This document shows positions 47,902 to 57,406 of a stretch of DNA of 64,000 nt, piece after piece. A model generated the notes under the pieces. It made no database searches. It was not told the origin of the DNA and saw nothing but the letters and a program-made list of their open reading frames with translations. The stretch is from NCBI GenBank assembly GCA_963833225.1, contig CAWHXD010000007.1:448001-512000 (forward strand), in the 5' to 3' direction. Source of the DNA: an uncultured Chloroflexia bacterium (GTDB lineage Bacteria > Chloroflexota > Limnocylindria > Limnocylindrales > CSP1-4). The position numbers and the translations under genes are program-made. Positions within the stretch are counted from its first letter, which is position 1. Each line of letters starts with the position of its first letter.

Positions 47902-48977
47902 GCTCGTCCGCGGCCACCGTCGGCGACACGGGGGCACGGCTCCTTGCCGCGTCGCGAACGCGCGACCGGCGGACCGTGCTCGTCGTGGGCGGGCTCGTGG
48001 TCGCGGCGATCGGCGCTGTCCTGGGCATCGGCCTGGGCAGCGTCGCGGTCCCTGTGGGGGACACCATCACGATCGTGCTTGACCGGCTGCTCGGCACCCA
48101 CCTCTCGAGCGCCGACCCGGCGCTGGCCGCCATCGTCTGGGACCTCCGCGTGCCGCGTGTCCTGACCGCGATGGTCGTGGGCTCCGGGCTCGCCGTCGCG
48201 GGCGCCACCTTCCAGGGGCTGCTGCGGAACCCGCTCGCGGATCCGTACGTGCTGGGCACGGCGTCGGGGGCCGCGCTCGGTGCCGCCCTCGCGCTGCTGA
48301 TCCCGGTGCGGGCCCTCGTCCTGGGCTTCGGGCTCGTGCAACTGTTCGCCTTCGTGGGCGCGCTTGCCGCGATCACCACCGTGTACAAGCTGTCGCGGGT
48401 CAGCGGCCTCGCGCCGCTGACCAGCCTGCTGCTCACCGGCTACGCGGTGGCGTCGCTCCTGTCGGCCGGGCTCGCGATGGCGATGTACGTCTCGGGCGCG
48501 GCGCTCCGCCAGATCTTCAACTACCTCCTCGGGAGCTTCCAGATGGCGTCGTGGGAGCGACTGCTGGGAGCGCTGCCGATCGTCGTGCTGGGGACCATCC
48601 TCATCCTGTCCCGGGCGAAGTCGCTCAACGGGCTGCTGCTGGGCGAGGAGCCGGCCAGCAACCTGGGGATCAACGTCGGGCGGGAGCGGGCGCTGCTGCT
48701 CGCCCTCGCCTCGCTGGTCACCGCGGCCGCCGTCACCGTCAGCGGGCTCATCGGCTTCGTGGGCCTCGTGGTGCCCCACGTCGTGCGCCTGCTCACGGGT
48801 CCCAACGCGCGCTCGGTGATCCCGATCTCGGCGATCTGGGGCGCCAACCTCCTGATCTTCGCCGACCTCGCCGCGCGGGTGGCCGGGGACATCCCGGTGG
48901 GCGTCGTGACCGCCGTCATCGGAGCCCCGTTCTTCCTCGTGCTGCTGCGACGCGCCCGTACCGGGTACGAGCTGTGA
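47898..48977 (+). CDS. btuC: Cobalamin ABC transporter permease (FecCD family)
   Basis: LRVPR, QGLLRNPLADPYVLG, GLIGFVGLVVPH, GAPFF. Confidence 0.9.
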   Translation: MSSSAATVGDTGARLLAASRTRDRRTVLVVGGLVVAAIGAVLGIGLGSVAVPVGDTITIVLDRLLGTHLSSADPALAAIVWDLRVPRVLTAMVVGSGLAVAGATFQGLLRNPLADPYVLGTASGAALGAALALLIPVRALVLGFGLVQLFAFVGALAAITTVYKLSRVSGLAPLTSLLLTGYAVASLLSAGLAMAMYVSGAALRQIFNYLLGSFQMASWERLLGALPIVVLGTILILSRAKSLNGLLLGEEPASNLGINVGRERALLLALASLVTAAAVTVSGLIGFVGLVVPHVVRLLTGPNARSVIPISAIWGANLLIFADLAARVAGDIPVGVVTAVIGAPFFLVLLRRARTGYEL

Positions 48978-49741
48978 GCGGCGCGGCGCTCCGGGTTGAC
49001 GGCGTGACCGTCGTGGCCCGGGAGCGGGCGATCCTGTCCGACGTCACGTTCCACCTGGACCACGGCGAGCGGGTTGCGCTGATCGGGCCCAACGGTGCCG
49101 GCAAGTCCACGCTGCTGCGGGTGCTGGCGGGCGTCCTGCGGCCGGTCGCCGGTCGCGTCGAGATCGAGGGGACGCCGATCGCCGACCTCGAGCGATCCGC
49201 GATCGCCCGTCGCCTGGCCGTGGTCCCGCAGCAGACCGCCCTCCCGTTCTCGATGCGGGTCGAGGAGGTGGTGGCGCTTGGCCGGCTGCCACACGAATCC
49301 GCCCTCCGGGGCGCGGGGCCCGCCGACCGCGCGGCGGTCGCGGCGGCGATCGACCGCGTCGGCCTTGGCCACCTGCTTGGCCGCGACGCGCGCGAGCTGT
49401 CCCTGGGCGAGCGGCAGCTGGTCCTGATCGCGCTCGCCGTCGCCCAGGAGGCGCCGGTGCTGCTGCTCGACGAGCCGACCGTCCACCTTGACCTGCGCCA
49501 CCAGGTGGAGGCGATGGAGCTCCTGCGCGACCTCAACGAGCGGGACGGCACCTCGCTCGTCGCCGTCCTCCACGACCTGGGGCTGGCCGCCCACTTCTTC
49601 CCCCGGCTGGTGATCGTGGAGCACGGCCGGATCGTGGCTGACGGTCCGCCGGAGGAGGTCCTCACGGACCAGCGGATCCGCGACACGTTCGGGGTGGCGC
49701 CGGGCCTGGTGCGCCTCGCCGCGGGGGTCAACGGCAGCTGA
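48974..49741 (+). CDS. btuD: ABC transporter ATP-binding protein
   Basis: GPNGAGKST, LSLGERQ, LLLDEPT, VLHDL. Confidence 0.9.
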   Translation: MSGAALRVDGVTVVARERAILSDVTFHLDHGERVALIGPNGAGKSTLLRVLAGVLRPVAGRVEIEGTPIADLERSAIARRLAVVPQQTALPFSMRVEEVVALGRLPHESALRGAGPADRAAVAAAIDRVGLGHLLGRDARELSLGERQLVLIALAVAQEAPVLLLDEPTVHLDLRHQVEAMELLRDLNERDGTSLVAVLHDLGLAAHFFPRLVIVEHGRIVADGPPEEVLTDQRIRDTFGVAPGLVRLAAGVNGS

Positions 49742-49786
49742 TCGCGAGGTTGCGTCAACGCACCACGAGCGCCGTCCCGGTACCCT

Positions 49787-50515
49787 GTGCGGGTGCCCCA
49801 CATCCGAGCCGCCGTCCTTGGTCTCGCGCTCACGCTGCTGTTGGCCGCGTGCGGTGCGGCGGCGCCCTCCTCGGCTGCCACGTCGGGAACCGACACGACG
49901 CCCGGCGTGACGGCGGCGCCCGGCGAGTCCGCCTCGCCACTCGAGACAGCGACGCCGGGCGGCAGCGAGGCGCCGACCGCCACCGAGACGCCCGCGCCGA
50001 CGGATTCGCCCGTCGCAACCGACGAGCCCACGCCGACCGAGGTCCCGAGCGGACCCGTGGAAACCGTGGTGCCGGACCCGACCCCCGGCACCGCCGACGC
50101 CTGCTCCGGCAGCGACAAGAACCGCGAGTTCTTTGATGTCGTCGCGCGCTCGGTCAAGTGGCCGGTGCTGTGCGGCGTGCTGCCCAAGGGCTGGTTCGTC
50201 AAGACCGGGCACTACTGGACGGCCGGCGGCGGCAGGATGTATGTCGAGTACGACGGCCCAGGAACGTCGAGGCTGGGGCTGTACGAGGGCGGGTACTGTG
50301 CGACCGAGGGTGGCTGCGATGTCAGCGGGCCCGATGCCTCGGCGCTCGGCGGTGCGCCGCTGGGGCCGCTGGCAGGCACCCTGTACCAGACCGCAGACGG
50401 CTACGCGATCGTCGTCGCCTCCGGCGAGAACCCATCCTGGTTCATGACGACCATCGGCCTCGACCAGGCAACCACCCTCGCGCTCGCCGCGAAGGTCGCC
50501 GAGGTAGGCGGCTAG
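49787..50515 (+). CDS. Lipoprotein with Pro/Thr-rich linker
   Basis: LAAC lipobox, TP-rich linker, C-terminal domain with four Cys. Confidence 0.8.
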   Translation: MRVPHIRAAVLGLALTLLLAACGAAAPSSAATSGTDTTPGVTAAPGESASPLETATPGGSEAPTATETPAPTDSPVATDEPTPTEVPSGPVETVVPDPTPGTADACSGSDKNREFFDVVARSVKWPVLCGVLPKGWFVKTGHYWTAGGGRMYVEYDGPGTSRLGLYEGGYCATEGGCDVSGPDASALGGAPLGPLAGTLYQTADGYAIVVASGENPSWFMTTIGLDQATTLALAAKVAEVGG

Positions 50516-50553
50516 CCGACCGCACCCGCCCACTTCGGGCGCACAATGGTCGT

Positions 50554-51684
50554 ATGCAGATCGCCGACTTCGAGCTGGAGCGGTTCTTCGCCCGGTACGA
50601 GTTCGCCGTGCGCCACCTCCTCTGTGCCTCGGACGTGGAGGGCTGGCCGATGGGGGACCTGCTGGCCCTCGCGGATGCCGAGACCGCCGCCCTGTGGCGA
50701 GACCTCCGCCTGGGCTACACGGAGGCGCCCGGCCACCCGCTGCTGCGGGCCGAGATCGCCACCCTGTACGAGTCGATCACGCCCGACGAGGTCCTCGTCT
50801 TCAGCGGTGCCGAGGAGGCGATCTTCATCGCGGCCAACGTGATCCTCCGGCCGGGTGACCACGCGATCGTGGCCTGGCCGGCGTACCAGAGCCTCCACGA
50901 GGTGGCGCGCGCTGTCGGTGCGGACGTGACGTTGCACGAGCTTCGGGCGGAAGGCGGCTGGGCAGTCGACCTTGACCGGCTCCGCGACCAGGTGACGCCG
51001 CGGACCCGCCTGATCGTCATCAACGTGCCCAACAACCCCACCGGGTCGATCCCGGACCCGGCCACCTACCGGGCAATCGCGGACATTGCCGCGGATGCCG
51101 GCGCCACGCTCCTGGTCGACGAGGTGTACCGGTTCCTGGAGCACGATGGCCTCGCGCTGCTCCCCGCCGGAGCGGACGTCGGCCCGCACGGCGTGAGCCT
51201 GGGCGTGATGTCCAAGTCGTTCGCGCTTGCCGGGCTCCGGATCGGCTGGCTGGCCACGCACGACGCCGGCCTCCTGGACCGCGCGACGCGGTTCAAGGAC
51301 TACACCACGATCTGCGCATCGGCGCCCGCGGAGATCCTGGCGCTGGTGGCGCTCCGGGCGAGGGATCGGGCGCTCGCCCGCTCGCGGGGGATCGTGGACG
51401 CGAACCTCGCCCTGCTCGACGCGTTCTTTGCCCGCCAGGCCACCCGGATCGGCTGGGTGCGGCCCAGCGGAGGTCCGGTCGGGTTCCCAGAGCTGCGGAC
51501 GGGCGTCCCCGTCGACCGCTTCGCGCAGGACCTGCTCGAGTCGGAGGGCGTGCTCATCGCGCCCGGTTCCATCTTCGGCCACCCCGGCCACCACTTCCGG
51601 CTGGGATTCGGCCGCACGGACATGCCGGTGGCGCTCGCGGGGCTCGAGCGTTTCCTCGAGCGTGGCGTGGGGGCAGATCGCTGA
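50554..51684 (+). CDS. PLP-dependent aminotransferase, class I/II
   Basis: NVPNNPTG, DEVYR, SKSFALAGLRIGW, HFRLGFG. Confidence 0.93.
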   Translation: MQIADFELERFFARYEFAVRHLLCASDVEGWPMGDLLALADAETAALWRDLRLGYTEAPGHPLLRAEIATLYESITPDEVLVFSGAEEAIFIAANVILRPGDHAIVAWPAYQSLHEVARAVGADVTLHELRAEGGWAVDLDRLRDQVTPRTRLIVINVPNNPTGSIPDPATYRAIADIAADAGATLLVDEVYRFLEHDGLALLPAGADVGPHGVSLGVMSKSFALAGLRIGWLATHDAGLLDRATRFKDYTTICASAPAEILALVALRARDRALARSRGIVDANLALLDAFFARQATRIGWVRPSGGPVGFPELRTGVPVDRFAQDLLESEGVLIAPGSIFGHPGHHFRLGFGRTDMPVALAGLERFLERGVGADR

Positions 51685-51806
51685 CCAAACCGCTGACCGG
51701 CCCCCGACCCGGGGACCACCGGCCCCCCGAACCGGACGTTCCGGCCCTCCGCGCCCGGTGCTCCGCGAGGCATCCTCCCGGTGCGCCACCTGCACGGAGT
51801 CCTGAC

Positions 51807-52511
51807 ATGCGTTCTCGCGCGCCCCGCCGCGCCACCTTCCGCCTTGCCCTGGCCCTCGTCCCGGCCATCCTGCTGCTGCCCGCCGTCGGCGGCTGCGGAG
51901 CGACACCCGAGGTCCCGGGGGCCAGTGGGATCATCGTGGGCACCGGGGACGTGGTGACCGAGCTCCGGGAGCTCGCGCCGTTCACCCGTGTCAGCGTCGG
52001 TGCAGGCCTCAAGGTGATCATCGGCGAGGCTGCCGAGCAGCAGGTCAGCGTTGGGGCGCAGCAGAACCTGCTCCCGGCCATCCGGACAGCGGTCGTCGAC
52101 GGGCAGCTGATCGTCACCATCCCATCCCCGGGCGTGACCGCGACGCAGCCGATGTCGCTCACGCTGCGCATGACGCAGGTCGAGTCCGTCGCGCTTTCGG
52201 CCGGGTCCGTGGGCTACCTCGAGCACACCGGCGCCGCCCTCAACCTCGACGTCTCGGGTGGAGCGGAGATCACCGTGATCGGCGCCACGCCGGACCTGAC
52301 GCTGACCGCGTCCACCGGCTCGCACGCCAAGCTGGGTGAGCTCGTCGCCCAGCGCGCGGAGATCATGGTGAATGACGGGTCCTCGGCGGACCTCAACGTG
52401 GTCACGGCCCTGACGGGCACGGCGGACGGCGGTGCGACGGTCACGCTGATCCACAAGCCGGCGCAGGTCAGCGTCGCGACCAGCTCCGGGGCGACGGTCC
52501 AGGGCGGATAG
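51807..52511 (+). CDS. DUF2807 (GIN domain) lipoprotein
   Basis: Signal with GGC; GTGDVVTELRELAPFTRVSV..QNLLPAIRTAVVDGQL; beta-solenoid repeats. Confidence 0.85.
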   Translation: MRSRAPRRATFRLALALVPAILLLPAVGGCGATPEVPGASGIIVGTGDVVTELRELAPFTRVSVGAGLKVIIGEAAEQQVSVGAQQNLLPAIRTAVVDGQLIVTIPSPGVTATQPMSLTLRMTQVESVALSAGSVGYLEHTGAALNLDVSGGAEITVIGATPDLTLTASTGSHAKLGELVAQRAEIMVNDGSSADLNVVTALTGTADGGATVTLIHKPAQVSVATSSGATVQGG

Positions 52512-52550
52512 CGCAGCCGATCAGGCCTCCGGCGGCCTGGACGGAGGCGA

Positions 52551-53741
52551 TCAGGCCCGCTTGCGCGGCAGGTCCAGGAACGGCAGCTCGACGACGGTCG
52601 CTGCCACGCGGCCCCGGCGACCCTCGACCGTCCACTCCACCTGGAGCGCGGCGCCGATTCGCTCGTGGCGTGCCGGGACGAAGGCCAGCGCGATCGCCTG
52701 CTTGAGGATCGGGCTCCAGCCGTGCGAGGTGGACTTGCCGACCTGGCGGCCGTCGGCGAAGACCGGGACGGGCGAGCGGTCGACATACGGACTGAGCCCG
52801 GGCGGCAGGCCCTGGGCATCGAACAGGCCCTCGATGTCGTACCAGTCGAGCTGCAGGCCCACGAGGCGGCGGTCTGGCCCCCCGGCGGCGACCTCGGCGG
52901 CGAGCGCGCGGCGACCCACGTAGTCGCCCTTCTCGAACGACACGAGCTTGCCGAGCCCGAGCTCGAACGGGCTGTAGCTCTGCTCCGGGTTCATCGCGTG
53001 GCGAGCTGACGTGTAGTCGACGTCGAGCATGATCAGCCCGGCCTCGAGCCTCACGACATCGAGCGCGTCCATGCCGGCGGGGCGGATCGCGTACGCCTTG
53101 CCCGCGGCAAACAGCGCATCCCAGACATCAGGTGCGGATCCCGCCGGGATCCACAGCTCGTAGCCGAGGTCGCCCGTGTAGCCCGTCCGGCTGACGTCGA
53201 TCGCGACGCCGCCGATCATGGCCGCCCGACGGCGGAAGTACCGCAGGTCCTCGAAGCTCTCGCCGCTGGCGGCTTCCAGCACCGCCCGGCTGAAGGGACC
53301 TTGCAGGGCGAGCGCGGCCACCGTCTCGGAGACGTCCTCGATCTCGACTTCGAGCCCGGCGGCATTCATGGTGAGCCACCGGTACTGCGGGTCGGCCGCG
53401 GTCCAACGGAGCTCCTGCTCCCCGACGCGGTGCACCGTCCCGTCATCGATGACCTTGCCGTGCTCGTCGCACCACGGCGTGTAGAACACCTGGCCGACCT
53501 GCAGCCTCGACGCGTCACGGGTGATGACGCGGTCGGCGAGACGGAGGGCGTCGGGTCCGGTGACCCGGTACTTGTACAGCGGGCTGACATCGATGACGGC
53601 GGCCGCCTCGCGGATCGCGTTGTACTCGATGTCGTGGAAGTCGGCGTAGACGGAGGACGCGAAGTAGCCCGCCCACTCGCGCCACTGCATCTTCCGGTTC
53701 ATGGCCGCGGCGCGCGGATGGAACGGGGTGCCGACGCTCAC
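52551..53741 (-). CDS. GcvT-family aminomethyltransferase/demethylase (not canonical GcvT)
   Basis: DVSPL..GPDA, GKVIDDG, ALQGP, SRTGYTGDLGYEL, RLEAGL, PFLD. Confidence 0.92.
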   Translation of the reverse strand: MSVGTPFHPRAAAMNRKMQWREWAGYFASSVYADFHDIEYNAIREAAAVIDVSPLYKYRVTGPDALRLADRVITRDASRLQVGQVFYTPWCDEHGKVIDDGTVHRVGEQELRWTAADPQYRWLTMNAAGLEVEIEDVSETVAALALQGPFSRAVLEAASGESFEDLRYFRRRAAMIGGVAIDVSRTGYTGDLGYELWIPAGSAPDVWDALFAAGKAYAIRPAGMDALDVVRLEAGLIMLDVDYTSARHAMNPEQSYSPFELGLGKLVSFEKGDYVGRRALAAEVAAGGPDRRLVGLQLDWYDIEGLFDAQGLPPGLSPYVDRSPVPVFADGRQVGKSTSHGWSPILKQAIALAFVPARHERIGAALQVEWTVEGRRGRVAATVVELPFLDLPRKRA

Positions 53742-54022
53742 GAAGACCCTCCAGGCTGGTGACCGGCCAAAGTATGCAGGAGATCCCTGCCGACTGGACG
53801 GGGTGGCCCGATCGCGCTTCGGTCTCAGAGCGCCCTGACCGGGATGGTCCGAGCGGTCATGCGCTCGTCGCGGGATGGCGCCAGGTTGGTTCTCAGCAAG
53901 ACCTCAGGAACATGGCCGTACGATCAGCCGGGCTGCCGCTCGGTGGCTCTGACCGCCAAGCTGGGCCGCGGTCGCCATACCGGCGCAGCGACGCTCTGCG
54001 ATCTGTCCTGGGGTCACCCTCC

Positions 54023-54571
54023 ATGCGGCGTTCCATCTCTCTCGTCGTGGCGTCTGCGGCGTTCCTGGTGGCCGCCTGCGGCGGCGGCTCCGGCACGGCG
54101 CCGACGTCGGTCGCCGGAACGTCCGACGCACCGGTCGCATCGGACGCCGCTCCGGCGGGCGCAACGGGCGACCAGTTCGGCGGCGACGTCTGCTCCGCCC
54201 TGACCGGGGCCGATATCGAGGCTGCGACCTACCAGCAGGGCAAGGCGACGTTCGACAGCACGGACACGCAGAAGGACGCCAACGGCAATGCTGTCGTGTG
54301 CCAGTACCTCGTCACGTTTGGTGACAACCCCTCGGTCGTCGCCGCTGCCGTCACCTTGTTCGACGACAGCGAGGCGACCCATCGCAACCAGGTGTTGCTG
54401 ACCAGCTCGCCCGAGCCCGTCAGCGGCGTCGGGACCGACGCCAGCGTCGTGATGGCCGCCCCGGGCTGGTACGAGGTCTGGGTCACCGCAGCGCACGGCC
54501 AGTTCACCGTGGCGGCCCAGGACAAGGCGACCGCGATCGCCCTCGCGACGATCGCTGCAGGGCGGGACTAG
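54023..54571 (+). CDS. Lipoprotein
   Basis: VAAC lipobox; DVCSALT..CQY..EPVSGVGTDA pattern (DUF3558-like). Confidence 0.8.
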   Translation: MRRSISLVVASAAFLVAACGGGSGTAPTSVAGTSDAPVASDAAPAGATGDQFGGDVCSALTGADIEAATYQQGKATFDSTDTQKDANGNAVVCQYLVTFGDNPSVVAAAVTLFDDSEATHRNQVLLTSSPEPVSGVGTDASVVMAAPGWYEVWVTAAHGQFTVAAQDKATAIALATIAAGRD

Positions 54572-54751
54572 ACGTCGGTTCCCGCAAGCTCCCAGGCGGG
54601 ATCGGGACGTGCTGCCGCCACTGGACTGATGCCGGCCGAGCGCTGACAGCCGGGGATCGCTGCCGCCACGAACCTGCCCGATTGGGCACGCGAGTTGCAC
54701 CGTGGGCGCGCCGGCGAGCCCTACAGTGGACTCCAACGTTCGGAACGAGAC

Positions 54752-56467
54752 ATGAAGGCGCCGCGTCCCGGACGCCGGCGGCATGGGTGGTGGTCGCGAG
54801 TGTCAGATCTGGCGCGTCCGACAGGCGTGGAGCGGCGAGGCTCGACCGGCCACGGTGACGCACGCTCCTCGCCGGGGCCGGCCCCGGCATCTGCGCCGGT
54901 GTCGGCGGGCGCGGAGCTGGACGGCACGGCGAAGGGCCTGCTGCTTCTCCAGGCGGCGGCCGGGAACGGGGCGGTGACACGACTGCTTCAGCGGGTCGCG
55001 GCGATCCCTGGAGGCAGCCCGATGGGACGCCCGGGCCTGGCCGAGCCCGCCAGGGCAGCTGCGGTCACCCGCACGGCCCAGCGCGTCCCCCAGGAGACCA
55101 ATTCGGAGGTGCCGCCCGGTCTCCGTGGCAGCCGTCTCTCTGAGCTGGACGAGTTCCTCGACCGGTTCAACACGCCCGAGGACGAGGTCATCACCCTGCT
55201 CGGCGAGATGGACGGGAGCGACAGGCGCGCCGTGATCAGCCGCTACCGGGACCGTCTGGCGGACACTCTCGATGTGGGCGAGATGAAGCGTGCGGTCGTG
55301 AACCTGCGGGCGCCGCTCCGGGTCGCGCTCGACTGGATCGATGCCGCGGCCCTCATCACCCGTTCGATCGACTACGTGGAGATCCAGAGCCTGGTCACCG
55401 GCGCGTCCCAGGCCGAGCGCGACGCCGTCGCCACCAACCACTACCGCGACTTCTTCGTCAAGGTCTGCACCAACAACACCATGATCGCGGCGCTCAGGGA
55501 CCTGCGGTTCCCGTGGGCGACGGCCCGGCAGTGGGCGCGCGAGGAGGGCACCGAGACGTTGGACCTCGCACGCTCCCTGGCGAGCGCCGGTGTGATCCCC
55601 GTGTCCGGGCTCACGAGCTTCCTCGGGGCGGCCACCCGCGGCGCCACGGCGGCTCGAGAGCACCTGCGCAACCTGTCCGACGACGCGCTGGCCGAGCTGC
55701 GCACGAGCCCCGTCCCCGCCGACGTCATCCGGGACACGTTCGGGTCGAGGGCGGCGCCCGTGCTGCGCGTGCTCAACGGCGAGATCTCGTCCGGCGAGGC
55801 GAACGTCACCACCAGCGAGGACCTGCTGGCGGGCCCGACCACGGGCCCGTTCACGTCCATGCACTTCGGGGGCGACAACCGGTTCAACGTCGCCTACCGG
55901 CGCGACCGGGTGAACGTCAGCGTAGGGGTCGAGCTCACCGCGGCGGACGACCGCGCGCGGGAGCTGCTGCCGACGGCGAAGCAGATCTGGCTGCGCCGGA
56001 TCCGGGCCGCCTGGGGCAGCCGGTTCCGGCTCACCAACGGCCAGCGCACGATCCCGCTCCGGTTCATCATCAACCTCGACTCCGGCCCCAACCATGTCAA
56101 CGTCCACTCGGGGGTCTGGGCCTGGCCGAACCTCAATGCCGGCAACTGGTTCGCGCCCGATCACGAGCAGGTTCCCCAGCAGGAGGAGGCCGTGTCGCAG
56201 GCGCCCGTCCACGAGTTCGGCCACCTGATCGGCAACGTCGACGAGTACAACCGGACGGCCGAGCACTACGTCCAGGTGACCGGCCAGCCCGTGACCAGTG
56301 CCGGGACGGTCCCGGAGACCGACACGAAGGGAGTCACGCGGTACACGAACTCCCTGAGCCTGATGGGCTCAGGTTCCACCGTGGAACCGCGCCACATCGA
56401 CAACATCCTCGGCTGGGTGAACGCCAACCTGCGGACGGGTGAGCCCGCATTCCACGTCGCCACCTAG
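54752..56467 (+). CDS. Putative effector/toxin: LQxxAGN leader, helical repeats and C-terminal zinc metalloprotease
   Basis: LLLLQAAAGNGAVTRLLQR (54938-54994); HEFGHLIGNVDEY (from 56210) and SLMG Met-turn-like motif; start may be 54800. Confidence 0.8.
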   Translation: MKAPRPGRRRHGWWSRVSDLARPTGVERRGSTGHGDARSSPGPAPASAPVSAGAELDGTAKGLLLLQAAAGNGAVTRLLQRVAAIPGGSPMGRPGLAEPARAAAVTRTAQRVPQETNSEVPPGLRGSRLSELDEFLDRFNTPEDEVITLLGEMDGSDRRAVISRYRDRLADTLDVGEMKRAVVNLRAPLRVALDWIDAAALITRSIDYVEIQSLVTGASQAERDAVATNHYRDFFVKVCTNNTMIAALRDLRFPWATARQWAREEGTETLDLARSLASAGVIPVSGLTSFLGAATRGATAAREHLRNLSDDALAELRTSPVPADVIRDTFGSRAAPVLRVLNGEISSGEANVTTSEDLLAGPTTGPFTSMHFGGDNRFNVAYRRDRVNVSVGVELTAADDRARELLPTAKQIWLRRIRAAWGSRFRLTNGQRTIPLRFIINLDSGPNHVNVHSGVWAWPNLNAGNWFAPDHEQVPQQEEAVSQAPVHEFGHLIGNVDEYNRTAEHYVQVTGQPVTSAGTVPETDTKGVTRYTNSLSLMGSGSTVEPRHIDNILGWVNANLRTGEPAFHVAT

Positions 56468-56477
56468 GATGGGCGGG

Positions 56478-57242
56478 ATGAGTGAGCACACCGCGCGACT
56501 GGCGTTCCCGCTGGTGTTCGCCGTCTCCGGGGCCAGCCCCAAGGTCGACCTGACCCTGCGCGTCCAGGAGGACGGCAGCTTCGTCGTGGACGTGATGACC
56601 GAGCGGTCGCTCGCGCAGCAGCCGCCGGCCCGGCTCGGCAGCTTCCGGGGCCGGCTGCCGGCAGCGACGCTCGACACGCTGGCCGCGGTGATCATCTCGT
56701 CCCGTGATCGCGGTCCAGCCGCGGCGGCCCCGGTGGGGCTGCCGCCGGGTGCGGTCGCGCGCCTCGTCTCGGCGGGCGAGGAAGCGCCGGTGCCGGCCGT
56801 CGGGGAGGAGGCGCTGCTCACGTCGCTCGACCAGCAGATCGCCGAGGCGGCGTCGAGCGCGCTGGCGGATCCCGTGGCGGCCATCGTGGCGGAAGCGCGC
56901 GAGGGCGGCGAGGGTCCCATGCTCGCGCTGACCGCGACCGGCAGCGAGCCGTTCCGGCTGCTGCTGTTCGCGTCGGACACGCCCGGGTTCTGGGTGCGGA
57001 CATGGATTGACACCCCGGCGGGCCAGGAGCAGCTGGCCTACGAGGCCGTGGAGCGCCTGGTCACCGCGGGCGCCATCCCGGACGGGCCTGTTGACCTGCA
57101 GCCGGGTGGCGAGATCACCGTCCCGCTCCCGTCGGGGGCGGAGCCGGGTTCGGCAGGGGGCTTCATCGCCTGGCGGGCCGGGCAGGGTCCGGAGCGGCGG
57201 ATCGTGACCGCGTCATGGGCGCTGGCCCCCACGCGAACCTGA
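56478..57242 (+). CDS. Hypothetical cytoplasmic protein, candidate immunity/inhibitor
   Basis: Starts 10 nt after the protease stop; no signal peptide; function inferred from position only. Confidence 0.7.
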   Translation: MSEHTARLAFPLVFAVSGASPKVDLTLRVQEDGSFVVDVMTERSLAQQPPARLGSFRGRLPAATLDTLAAVIISSRDRGPAAAAPVGLPPGAVARLVSAGEEAPVPAVGEEALLTSLDQQIAEAASSALADPVAAIVAEAREGGEGPMLALTATGSEPFRLLLFASDTPGFWVRTWIDTPAGQEQLAYEAVERLVTAGAIPDGPVDLQPGGEITVPLPSGAEPGSAGGFIAWRAGQGPERRIVTASWALAPTRT

Positions 57243-57406
57243 ACCGCGCGCCCGCCGGGATGTCGGCGCTCTCCCGCATGGCCCCGCGACGTCATCCACC
57301 AGGGCCAGGGTCTCCTCCGGGACGTGTCGGCTAGACTGCATGCACGTGATGCAGGTTGGATAGCGACCGCGACCAGCGCGTCGCCTGGACCGACTGGAGG
57401 GTGGGC

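Noticed and set aside
52551-53741. Canonical glycine cleavage T protein and glycine riboswitch
   Set aside because: No gcvH/gcvP next to it, the sequence resembles GcvT-like paralogues, and no riboswitch core was recognised upstream.
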